From Seison nebaliae (lineage: Eukaryota): a DNA stretch of 38,190 nt. The notes below the pieces were generated by a model. That model searched no databases. It was given only the letters and a program-made list of their open reading frames with translations, and had not been told where the DNA came from. Both the position numbers and the translations under genes were made by a program. The DNA lies in contig JALJEE010002836.1 in assembly GCA_023231475.1 (NCBI GenBank), positions 1 to 38,190 of the forward strand, written 5' to 3'. Of the stretch, positions 1 through 9,997 are shown one piece after another; position 1 is the stretch's first letter; each line of letters begins with the position of its first letter.

Positions 1-768
1 TAAATTGCCAATGAAACAATTATGTTGCATATCTTCTTTGATGGAATGAGGACTTCTCGTATCGATATGAGTTCGAGTATTAATCGTCGTTAATAAATCA
101 TAAACGAGATCATTATAAATTTCAGCAGCAGAAAACCATAAAGAATATTTCGCTTCCTCTCTTGGAATCGTTTCCATTAACATTTGAAATTGATTTATAT
201 TCTCCATTTCTTTCTCATTTGATACGATCATTTGACGGATTTGTTTTAATAAAATTGTTCGATCATTCGATTGTTTCTCTATAAATTTCGATTGAAGTAA
301 TTCTTTCCTTAATTTCATCATTTCATTTTTATCCGTTGACATCATCGGAGCATTACTATTGAACATGTTAGGACGATATGATGGTGATATATCAATCTGA
401 TCGCTAATAATTTCGAATAAAGTTCCAATTGTTAAATTCATAATTCCTGGATTACCAACATTCCCATGAATTGTATATGTCTTCCCACTATTCGTTACTC
501 CATAAGTAAAACAAACAAATGATTCTCCTTCAAACAATCGACTGATACGATGACTTATCACTTCATTGAACACATCGAGTTGTCCTTTCGTCTCTTCAAG
601 AATCGAATCAAATCCGAATGTTTTTCCATTATGTCTCGGTTGTTTATGTGAATCAATTCGCATTGTCTTATTCTCATCCACACGAAAACAACGAATCGTC
701 TCCTTCTTCTTCTCTTCCAACTTCAACGGACGAATTCGAAGATGAACATTGAACGTCGGTTTATTCAT
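1..768 (-). CDS. KIF20: Kinesin-6 family motor (KIF20A/MKLP2-like), N-terminal part, truncated by the window edge
   Basis: Manual translation from ATG 768: MNKPTFNVHLRIRPL...KTFGFDSI...FTYGVTNSGKTYTIHG (P-loop)...long loop-6 insert...LWFSAAEIYNDLVYDLL. YGVTNSGKT and the large L6 insert are typical of kinesin-6. It is absent from the ORF track because the frame is open to position 1. Confidence 0.9.
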   Translation of the reverse strand, partial: MNKPTFNVHLRIRPLKLEEKKKETIRCFRVDENKTMRIDSHKQPRHNGKTFGFDSILEETKGQLDVFNEVISHRISRLFEGESFVCFTYGVTNSGKTYTIHGNVGNPGIMNLTIGTLFEIISDQIDISPSYRPNMFNSNAPMMSTDKNEMMKLRKELLQSKFIEKQSNDRTILLKQIRQMIVSNEKEMENINQFQMLMETIPREEAKYSLWFSAAEIYNDLVYDLLTTINTRTHIDTRSPHSIKEDMQHNCFIGNL

Positions 769-1016
769 TTCTCAAAGAATTTATTAATTTAATTCAGTTT
801 GATTCTTCTCAAATAAAATTCTGCAAAAATATAAACAGAAAATAAGACAAAATAACAGAAAATCATATGTGAAACGAAAAGAAAATGTAAAGAATATAAA
901 AATGATCTTATTTGAACAAATGTGAACAATGTACAAAAATTTTGAAAATTTGCTCATCTTTCCAACATTTTTTTGCTCCAAGTCATAAAATGGACAAGAA
1001 TTCCAATTCAACTAGT

Positions 1017-1032
1017 TTCAAATTTGCGGCGC
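1017..1032 (-). promoter_or_regulatory. CDE/CHR-like (DREAM/MuvB) cell-cycle element upstream of the kinesin-6 gene
   Basis: Minus strand reads GCGCCGC-AAA-TTTGAA, a GC-rich CDE-like element followed by the CHR hexamer TTTGAA, about 250 nt upstream of the ATG of a G2/M-type kinesin. Confidence 0.45.
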
Positions 1033-1044
1033 TATCATTACAAA

Positions 1045-3600
1045 TTTTTTTTTTTTTTTTAATTTTAATACAACAAATCCAAAAGGTAAATTAAAAAGTA
1101 AACGGGATAACTCGGCCGAAGAATCTGAAGAAATAAGAGTTTTAGCCTGATCCACAAGAGATCGTAGAGAGACCGGAATGAATGAGTCGACCTTAAAATT
1201 ATTAATAGTAGAACGGGCTTCTTCTAAGGAAGAAGGCAACGGTATCGAATAATAGTTACAGAAGAAGTTGACAGGAGGGGAGCACGATTCGTATTGGTTG
1301 AATGATGGAAATGGGAATTCGGAAGAAGAAATTGATTCCAGAACTCTTAGATATCTAATTGACAGAAGATGTGGCTTTAATTCACAGATAGAAAACATAA
1401 ATGCTCTGTTAAAAGGTTTACCACATCCGAGCATCGTACGTATCGTTCTGTTATATGTTCGATCAAGACAGTTTAATGATTTCTGAGTGGAAGATAATGA
1501 TACGGCCAGACCATAGAAATCGCAACAATAAGTTACAAATAGACGGAGTTCCATCGTAATTGGGAAGAATTTGCAGCGATGGAAAAAGGAATAAAACATT
1601 CGAAGAAATTTACATTTTATTACATGTAGTAAATTTAGATGATTTCCTATGGGTATCAATTTGACAACCCAAAAACTCAATTTCATTCGAAAAATTGAGA
1701 GTGACATTAATGTGAGACGAGAAGTTCGAAATATTGAACAAGATTTTTGATTTATATTCGTTGATTTCAATCCACAAGTTCGCGAGACGAGACTTTACTA
1801 TTGGAGAATATAATGGCCTTTTTTGCACTGTTGCAACAGATAATCATATCGTCCGCATATGTGTATAAGACTGGAAAGACTGATGATCCAATTTTGAAAG
1901 AATAACGTTTATTGACATAACATAGAATTTCATCGACTAGTTTACCAAAGATCCAAGGTGGAACCTTGACGCACACCTTTGTTAATTGGAAACAAATTTG
2001 AGCAGCAAGAATTCCATTTGACTACACCTTGGGCGTTGGTCGATAGAAGTTTAATGAAATTTATGCAATACATATCGAGACCTGCATCTTCTAACACACG
2101 CAAACCTTCTTGCATATTCACCGAATCGAAAGCCTTCGACGCGTCAATGAAATAAAAAAAAACTTCGTATTAACGGAACGACAATGTGAGATGAGAAACT
2201 TCAACAACAGGAGTAGTGGAAGGGTACCTCTACTCATCCTTCTATATGCAAATTGATAGAAAGAAGAATACAGATTGATGGAGATTCTTAATTATTTGTT
2301 CAATGATTTTGAGTCCATTTGCAATATAAATCGGACGATATGCATTGACATTTAGTTTTATCGTTAAAGAAAAAGGGACGAAACTCCATTCCTAACAGCC
2401 AAAAATCGGCCTTCGATATTTCTTCAACTTCCGACGCAGCAATAGCGATTATCGCTTTTGAAGATCGATTGTTCAGCAGTTCTCCATCACTTGTCTTGTA
2501 TATTCGCGAAATTTGCCGGCTCTTTATATCTCGGTCCATTAGGAATTTGTTTATGTTCTCCAATGGAATACTTCGATCGATTCTGGAGAGGATTGTAGGA
2601 CACAATGCGGATGGAGCGGTCGAATCCTTTCAACTTTTGTTTAAAACTTCATTTTTAGTTGATGTTGATGCCGTATATAACTGTTGGAAAAATTTAGGAC
2701 ACGTCGAAAATGTCCCATCGACATAAATATCACTCTTCTCGTCGCCTGTTCCGGATTTTTAGGAACAGTGGTGATCAAAGGATCTTCATTACCAGAACAT
2801 TTAACTGTTGGATGAAGTTGTTGTTTCCTTTCATAATTGCGATCCTGATTCGTGATTGGAACAGAAACAACTTCAGGGTTTCTTTTTCGTAGAACCTTCC
2901 CTGTTTTCGCGAAAGAAACAGAATCTTGTTTGGTTCTGATCGTGTTCCGCATAGACTTTTTCGCTTCATCAAGAAAATTTTGGTTCACCTCACGATTGGG
3001 TACAATTATGACGTTGGAAGAAGTTTCCATTACTACGTCCTCACGATCCTTGGAATTATCGACAAAATTCAGTTCAGTAATGTTCCGAACCATTTTGTGA
3101 AGTTCAGAGAACCGAGAAGTCAATTCTTCCTCTCTCTCAATTCTACTTTTTTGTTATTTAAACGCTCGACGTTGATTGTCTAAAACTTCTTTCATATCCC
3201 GTACATAAGCCACCTGGTTATTGACAATAATATCCAGGGATTTCTGAATCTGTTCGATCGATAACGAAACTTTCTCCTCCAATGTTTCTTTTCGATTGAC
3301 AATATCACTGAGGAGCTGACCATTCGTCACTCTGGCAGATCTCGAACTAGATCGACCTCTTTTTATTGTGCTGCGCTTCGAGGGCTGTCCGTTATCTATT
3401 AGATTCTTCTCTATGTTCTCTAGAGCAGCCACCATCTCCTTAGAATTAGGTGGACCGACAAGGATGATTAGGTCAGAATTCTTCGACGTCATTTTGAGGA
3501 AATATCATAAATATCATCGAATCAAATACTATTCACTAACTGTAAATGGTGAATATTTAACATTTTGTTCTCATTCTTCCGGTAAACTTCACTCGAAGAA
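1045..3600 (-). mobile_element. Decayed non-LTR retrotransposon (CR1/L2-group LINE) with ORF1, deleted endonuclease, frameshifted RT and poly(A) tail
   Basis: ORF1 pieces run from 3492 to about 2360, with an in-frame TAA at 3154-3156, and end ADFWLLGMEFRPFF. RT motifs occur in shifted frames: KIIEQII, QFAYR, FIDASKAFDSV, GVRQGS, YTYADD, EFLGC. An A16 tail at 1045-1060 is preceded by ATTAAA. The 5' boundary is approximate. Confidence 0.85.
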
Positions 3601-3689
3601 GTCAGAAGTGACATATTTACTCATATTGTCGTAAACTTTTATTGTCGAGAACATACCACCAAATAACCACATCGATTTTTCACCACCTT

Positions 3690-4218
3690 TACAATGTCCC
3701 CATAATCGACTGAATTGTATATATCTATATATAATATTGCGAAGTTTTAGAACAATATTTAGTTCCATTTATCGACCAATATCCGTGCTCAATCTTTCAA
3801 CAAGACAATACCAGGCCGCATACGGCACGTAATACCCGGACGGGGATGGAAAACCACAATATAAAAACCATTAATTGGCCTCCAATTAGTCCGGATCTCA
3901 ATATAATTGAAGAAATATGGTCGTGGTTAAGTAGGGAAACATATCGGGAACAACTTCAGTTCGAAACCGTTGCAGAACTTACCAAAGCAATAAAAACTGC
4001 TTGAGATAAGTTGAACATTCAAATAATCCAAAATTTATATCATTCATTTGGTACGCGAGTTGCCCATGTGTTAACCCATAAGAGAACGTGCTTTAAACAC
4101 TAATAGATTTGTTTTAAATAAATTGTTTTCTAAAAACTTAAAATTTTGTGGGATTTTATTCCTGATTATTGGCTTTACATACATTTTGATAGGTTTTAAA
4201 ATTTTGTGGAGTAGTATA
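3690..4218 (+). mobile_element. Tc1/mariner DD34E transposon 3' fragment with probable right TIR
   Basis: Frame 3735-4103 reads YCEVLEQYLVPF...FQQDNTRPHTA...WPPISPDLNIIEEIW, with 34 residues between D and E and a premature TGA at 4002-4004. It ends ...TTTTGTGGAGTAGTA-TA near 4218, with a repeated AAATTTTGTGG motif. Confidence 0.85.
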
Positions 4219-4616
4219 TAAAGCGGATAATTCTTGCAACTTCACGTCCGAATTCAATCCATACACCATAATTGAACGAAATTCCTTCTTCTCTGATCTT
4301 ACCATACCTTTCAGTACAGATTCTCTACTACAGAATTTTTTTTCGTTCCCTCGACTGCAATTGTCTGTTTTTTCCTTTTTCTGATATATGACCACTAAAT
4401 TTAAATTTAATTTTTAAAATTAATTTTACAAATATATTTGATTATGAAATTAGAATTTTATAATTCGTTCATGAAACGATGAAAAGCTCATAATTGCAGG
4501 TATTATGAATATAAAGTTATTGAGAGTGGAAAAAAGAAATTTTCAAGAAATAAACTCGAAAAATTGAAAGAAAAATTTTCAAAATTTAAGGTTACATTAA
4601 AAAAACAGTTTTTTAA

Positions 4617-5288
4617 ATGGAATCTATTATAAATTTTGTAGGGAATGTGTCAACGCTTTTTACGATCATCCTCTTTCTCAGTGGATATGACATAATCAAG
4701 AAAATACGGAAAAGTGGGACAATTGGTCAGTATTCACTCTTCCCATTCGTCTCCACCATTTACTGTTGTGCTTTCTGGTTCTGGTATGGATTGGAAATGA
4801 ACCTTATTCATGTCATTGTTGTCAATGGGATTGGGGCAATAATTGAGACAATTTATCTTATTAATTATCTCTCCTTTCTTAGAGAAGATGAAACGATTGC
4901 GAAGAATACTTCTCTCTTCCCTTGGATTGGAGCATTTGTTTCATCGTATCTCATTTGTCACTTCCAACTCATCGATTCTCATCTACTCTCCTACAATATC
5001 GGTATTGTTGGTTCGATCGGTTCGTTGTTGGTCTTTGGAAGTCCATTAGCTCAACTAAGAGAAGTTGTCGCCACTCAATCAAATCGAACTCTTTCTTTTC
5101 CTTTATGTTTCATGAATCTCATTACTTCCTCTTCTTGGTCGTTGTATGGATATTTGTTGGACGACACGTTCATCATGTTACCAAATTCTCTAGGAATCGT
5201 TTTGGCAATCATCCAATTATTTCTCATCTATCACTTCCCCAACGTCTCACCAATCAATCAAGCAATTAAATTAATTAATAATCATTAA
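4617..5288 (+). CDS. SLC50A1: SWEET1 / MtN3-saliva sugar transporter, intronless
   Basis: 223 aa with 7 hydrophobic segments and the motifs LFLSG, PF...WFWYG, VNGIG, FGSPLAQL, SFPL, WSLYGYLLDD.FIMLPNSLG. Confidence 0.95.
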   Translation: MESIINFVGNVSTLFTIILFLSGYDIIKKIRKSGTIGQYSLFPFVSTIYCCAFWFWYGLEMNLIHVIVVNGIGAIIETIYLINYLSFLREDETIAKNTSLFPWIGAFVSSYLICHFQLIDSHLLSYNIGIVGSIGSLLVFGSPLAQLREVVATQSNRTLSFPLCFMNLITSSSWSLYGYLLDDTFIMLPNSLGIVLAIIQLFLIYHFPNVSPINQAIKLINNH

Positions 5289-5329
5289 GTTGATGAAAAA
5301 ATATATTTTACAAAAAAGATATTTTCTCC

Positions 5330-5525
5330 AACAATTTTTTTTTGAATTTTCTTCTCAAAATTTTTTCTCGGATTTTATTGCCAAAATTTGTTTTGGAAAT
5401 TTATCTCAAAAAATTTTTGTGAATCTTTTAATACCAAATATTTTTGGAAATTTCCATTTCAAAATTTTTTCTCGAATTTGTTCGCCAAAATTTTTTTATG
5501 GAATTTATTTCAAAAAATTTTTCTT
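5330..5525. repeat. Degenerate A/T-tract tandem repeat (CAAAA-TTTTT units, roughly 25-nt period)
   Basis: Recurring caaaatttttt / ggaaattt blocks between SWEET1 and ATMIN. Confidence 0.5.
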
Positions 5526-5844
5526 CCAGGTTCTTTTAATCAACTAAGTATATAGATATTTTAATTTATTATTGACGTCCATTTTATTGTCTTTACACCT
5601 ACTTTTCGTAAACAATTTCATTTCAACAATTTCTTTTTGAAGTTTTCTTTCCGGGACATTTGCGGAAATTATCATTTTGAAATCAATTTAGTCTATATTT
5701 GTCTGTCCATTTCTTTTAAATCTCATTTCCGATTGTTCATCTTATCAATCTGACTATAATCTCAAGAAATTTCTTAATTTATCATCAAATTATTTATCCG
5801 TTCTATTTATTCATTCCACATATTACAGTTGAGAAGAGAGTTTT

Positions 5845-7104
5845 ATGAAATTTATCATTAATTTGATATCGGATGACTTCTTTCCTTCCAAAACGAAACA
5901 ATGGAGTTGTCAGATTTGTGAGAGAGGGAGATATTTCAAGAAGAAAATTCTTCTTTGGAAACATTTGACGAAGACGCATAGTATTGGTGGGAAGGGATGG
6001 AAGAAATCAAGTAAGAAGTATCCCGTGAAATTGACGAATTCTCAATGGAATTTGAACGAAGCGAGAAAAGCTAAGAATTATTTCCATCTTCATCAATACG
6101 AGCAATTGTTTGAGAAATATGAGAAATTATCGAAATTGGGAGAAGTAATGTCGCCTGTAACGATAAGATTTCGATGTCCTATTGAAGATTGTACGTATCG
6201 TCGATGTGAATCTCGATTTTTCAAAAAGATCGATAGTCTCTTCAATCATTTACGTCGAAATCATAAAATGATTTTAGATAAGATTATGGAAATGAAATGT
6301 CTTTTCATGATTCCTGAAGATGATGAAGAAGAACATGGAAATGAAAGAGAATACGAAGTTCTATATATTCCACCACCTGAAGTTATCGATTGTGTAAGTG
6401 AAATGATTTATACGATTGAATTCCATTTGTCGACGGATGTTTTAGACAAATATTATCTCATGAGAAATTATCGAAGTTTATTGAATAATTCTTTTTATCT
6501 TCAACATTTACCATCGTCGTTCATTCCTCTCCAAGCGAGTACATCATCTTCCACAATTACACCAGTGACAATAAGTTCGATTGACGATGATCTCATGTAC
6601 CATCGTTCAATGTCATTACAAACCGATAATTTGCCATTCTCCCAAATCGCCACGACGTCAATTCCGACACAAACTTTAAATTCTCAAGATTTATTCTCCG
6701 ACACTCAAATGATTCCTTCCACTATCAACGATAATTTCATGATGATTGATACGAATGATCAAATCAATCAGACAACCATTCCAATGGAGGATGTAACAAA
6801 TGATTTCTTCAATTCAAACAAATTATTAGAGGCATATGATTGTAGTTCGCAGACTGATGTGTTCAATTCGTTCTATAACGAGGCGTTCGATCAATCAACA
6901 CAAACATTCCTCTTGAACAACGCCACCAATCAGACTCTCAATCAACAATCATTAGACATTTACTCTTCTTATGGTATCTGTCCACCGTTCGACTCCAACA
7001 ATTATTGGGTAGCAACAGATGGAAGCACACAAACTGATTCTAACGAAACCCCATGGACGAACAATGAAACTCAAACGGATTTCTGGACGAATTCTTATAG
7101 ATAA
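5845..7104 (+). CDS. ATMIN: ATMIN/ASCIZ-like C2H2 zinc-finger protein with C-terminal TQT (LC8-binding) motifs
   Basis: Two C2H2 fingers (CQIC...HLTKTH; CPIEDC...HLRRNH) are followed by a disordered tail with LQTD, PTQT, SSQTD, QSTQT, TNQT, GSTQTD and a terminal NETQTDFW. Confidence 0.75.
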   Translation: MKFIINLISDDFFPSKTKQWSCQICERGRYFKKKILLWKHLTKTHSIGGKGWKKSSKKYPVKLTNSQWNLNEARKAKNYFHLHQYEQLFEKYEKLSKLGEVMSPVTIRFRCPIEDCTYRRCESRFFKKIDSLFNHLRRNHKMILDKIMEMKCLFMIPEDDEEEHGNEREYEVLYIPPPEVIDCVSEMIYTIEFHLSTDVLDKYYLMRNYRSLLNNSFYLQHLPSSFIPLQASTSSSTITPVTISSIDDDLMYHRSMSLQTDNLPFSQIATTSIPTQTLNSQDLFSDTQMIPSTINDNFMMIDTNDQINQTTIPMEDVTNDFFNSNKLLEAYDCSSQTDVFNSFYNEAFDQSTQTFLLNNATNQTLNQQSLDIYSSYGICPPFDSNNYWVATDGSTQTDSNETPWTNNETQTDFWTNSYR

Positions 7105-8437
7105 ATTTCAAATAAAGAATTTCATGCTGGAACATTGTCGCAGATTTGATCGGAGAAATCTTTTATTAATAAATCAAATTCAATCGTTATCTAAATTTAC
7201 CTCTCATATTGTTACGTTTTCACAAATAAAATTGTTATTGTTAAAAATAATCAAATAAATTTCTTCTTATCTGACTAGAAAGTGTGAGGGAAATGAAAAG
7301 AAAACGATTTAAAATTAAAAAGTATAATTATCGTTAATGAATGAGATTCATTTTCTAAATATCTATGATATATTTTCTAAACAGTATCTATGTCTATCAC
7401 ACATAAGTCATTCTGCATCAATTTTCCCTTTTCTTTTTGTGCAAAGTTATTTGAAGGTCATTAATTCTAATAGGAATATAATAATTGTCAACCATTGTGA
7501 AAAATTACTAGAATGTAACAGCTAACCTGTTTAGAAGGTTTAATTAAATTTATCACTTTCGTTCATATAAACTGAGAAATTCTTATTTAAGTTAAGTGAA
7601 ATGTTATGTTGAAGTGAAAGAAACAAGTGAAATCTTTTATATCTAATTAATGTTTTCCGAATTGAAATGTCTAACGTCGACCTATTCCCAAGTTGACCAT
7701 CACTGCGATAATTGACCTTCTATCCATTTGGACGAAGTCGACGACATAACATTAAATAAGTATGTGCAACAACTGATTTGAAGATGAGTGGATCTCGTTG
7801 AACACCTATAAATATGAGTATATTCCGTTAAGTGATCATCAAACTGAAGTTGTAGATTGAATGAAAATTGTACGACAGGGCAATGTGACAATACATCGTC
7901 TCGTAATAATTGGTTGTTCTTTTTTGTGGCAAACGGAGAACCGATCAAGTGTAACGCCAACAACTCTATATATCATACTTTCGACCATGCGTCATCAATT
8001 ATGATCAATTGCAAATATTTCCCATGGAAAATCCAGATGAAAAATTCATCGATCAATCTACTATCGTCGCAGAGTCGTAGTTGTAGGTTCAATCTTAACT
8101 TTTAAATTTAACAAACAATCAAAAGCGTTATTATTAAACAATCGCGCTTACGTTTATTAGATCGCAAATATGTAGAAGATTAATTATAATGAACATCAAC
8201 ATATTAATTCATATAGAATTTATAATTCATTTAAATTCTATTATTGACTATAGAGAGAAAAAATTGTTCTATAACATTAAAAATAAGCATCGAATTTAAT
8301 CATGTTAAATTGAAGGAAATTAACAAGTAAGTTAAAGAAAAGATAAAAAATTCTTATCATTCAATATTTTATAATTATTCTATATATAGAATAAATTGTT
8401 TTATGTGATACAACAAATATTCATGAATACAGGTCAT

Positions 8438-9307
8438 TCATGTTAGTGTCCACAAATATTCATTTTTCTTGCCATAATAAAGTTGAAACAAACGTTGTAA
8501 TTCAATGGGAATAGGTTGAGGTTGACGTAAGAAAAAAAATATTTGTTTTATCAACGATATAGGTATATCGACCATAATTTTATATTTAGCTATTGGACAT
8601 TCCAATTTTGTAGATTCATGTTTCTTGGCAAAACCGTCGTTAGTCGGTCCGACTTTCCGTTCTTCATCTTCTCTTTTTAGATCATTTTCTACAAATCCAG
8701 AAATATTGTGCAAATCATCTGTTTTTATAATCGATTTTTTGCAACAAACGGAAGGAGTATTGGAAGTAGTTTCATCTTCAATTTCCTTCAAATTTTCATC
8801 ATCATATGACTCACCTAGGAATTGGTTGATCAACTGTAAATTGTCTTCTGCACGTTTCAAATTTTTTTCTGTTTTTCCTAAAGTTTCAACCAGTTTTTTT
8901 GTATTGTCTTTTTCCATTCGGTAAAGAGACCATATATATTTCCTAACCCGAAATGCTTCTATTATAACCAAATTTAAACGACGAACTTTTCCGTCCCTCT
9001 TGTCTTTCATTGCATCCATTATTCTTAGACATCTTTCCACCCTTTCACTGATTTCACACCACCGATGATGTAAATCCTTCATAAGTCCCAAAGCGCAATA
9101 GCCAAATGAGGTTTCAAATAAAGGATTTTCCCATGGTAATATATCATATAAACGAATTAATCGTTTTATTATTGGACCGGTATTTAGACGTCTATCAGTA
9201 TTCACACTTTCAACTAAACCCATCTGAAGTTTTATAAAATTGTCAAAAAATATCTTTTCTTCAAAAACGCGCCACTCGGTAGAACAAAGATTATGGATAT
9301 TCCTCAT
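8438..9307 (-). CDS. Uncharacterised ~289-aa protein with a coiled-coil-like middle region
   Basis: A 954-nt stop-free frame in very AT-rich DNA with its first ATG at 9307. No family recognised. Confidence 0.6.
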   Translation of the reverse strand: MRNIHNLCSTEWRVFEEKIFFDNFIKLQMGLVESVNTDRRLNTGPIIKRLIRLYDILPWENPLFETSFGYCALGLMKDLHHRWCEISERVERCLRIMDAMKDKRDGKVRRLNLVIIEAFRVRKYIWSLYRMEKDNTKKLVETLGKTEKNLKRAEDNLQLINQFLGESYDDENLKEIEDETTSNTPSVCCKKSIIKTDDLHNISGFVENDLKREDEERKVGPTNDGFAKKHESTKLECPIAKYKIMVDIPISLIKQIFFFLRQPQPIPIELQRLFQLYYGKKNEYLWTLT

Positions 9308-9630
9308 GTTCCCTACACAAACTAACACTCCCTGATTAAATTTCTTTTTTAGTATTGAGAAATGGTAAACAGTTATTCTCTTACGTGTCACAAACTGAAC
9401 ATGCGAATAATTTGTTCAAAAAATCTTCAGTTATGAGAAGAGATGACTCAGATTAACGATGTAACTGCCAAATAATAATTAAAATAAATAATTCAGTTTG
9501 ATGACTATATAAGGAGAGGAAAATTAGAATATTTTCAATTTCAATTTTGCGCGTTAGTGAAAACGTTAAATTTTAATTCTAGTTATTTTGCTTTTCTAAT
9601 TATTTTTCCTTTTAGAAAAGAACGAACGTC

Positions 9631-9997
9631 ATTCACTAACGTGCTATTCGCCTTGATGGGTCCAACTGAAGCGGTTGTGCTCATTACCTCTTGGCGACAC
9701 TTGGGTGTTCTGATGGGCAGGTGTCGTCCAATATGGTGAAGAAACGTTCTCAATGGTAACCATTGAACGGTTATCGAGAACTATTTCTGAACCTATTGTC
9801 CAGATATACTTGGGACTCAGTCTCCTCCAAAAACAAACTGCTGAGTTGATCGACACCTGGTGGCAACATCCACTCAGTGGGCGGGGTAATTGAAGCCGCC
9901 GCATGACCTGTCAAGGGCAGGATTTGTAATAACCGGTCTGGTCTCTCAACTACTGGCTCGAGGGAATAAGTGCACTACCCGAAGAGACCGGACCGGA
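9631..9997 (+). ncRNA. Structured ncRNA, candidate divergent and expanded U1-like snRNA
   Basis: GC-elevated island with no credible ORF and many helices whose mismatches are G-U on the + strand. Features: Inr-like TCATTC start; 5' AUUCACUAACGUG; stem GGUAACC/GGUUAUC with loop AUUGAAC (9762-9768); Sm-like AUUUGUA (9922-9928); terminal 14-bp stem 9933-9946/9983-9996. Structure is well supported, U1 identity is inferred. Confidence 0.6.

Noticed and set aside
3531..3540. GTTAGTGAAT in the LINE 5' region, complementary to the candidate U1 5' end
   Set aside because: A single AT-rich 10-mer match in 38 kb on two strands can plausibly arise by chance.
3154..4004. In-frame TAA/TGA suggesting an alternative genetic code
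   Set aside because: The stops are confined to decayed transposons and relics. Intact genes use TGG for Trp and end at normal TAA or TGA.
9557..9904. Short ORFs over the structured island
   Set aside because: Non-ATG starts, no recognisable protein features, and the composition is explained by base pairing.
9631..9997. Self-cleaving ribozyme (hammerhead CTGATGG...GAAAC on +; HDV-like GGCGAAT on -), SRP, 7SK, RNase P/MRP, U2-U6
   Set aside because: The hammerhead core needs CUGANGA and a stem II, and the HDV fold lacks the L3/P1.1 pattern. I found none of the signature motifs of the other RNAs.
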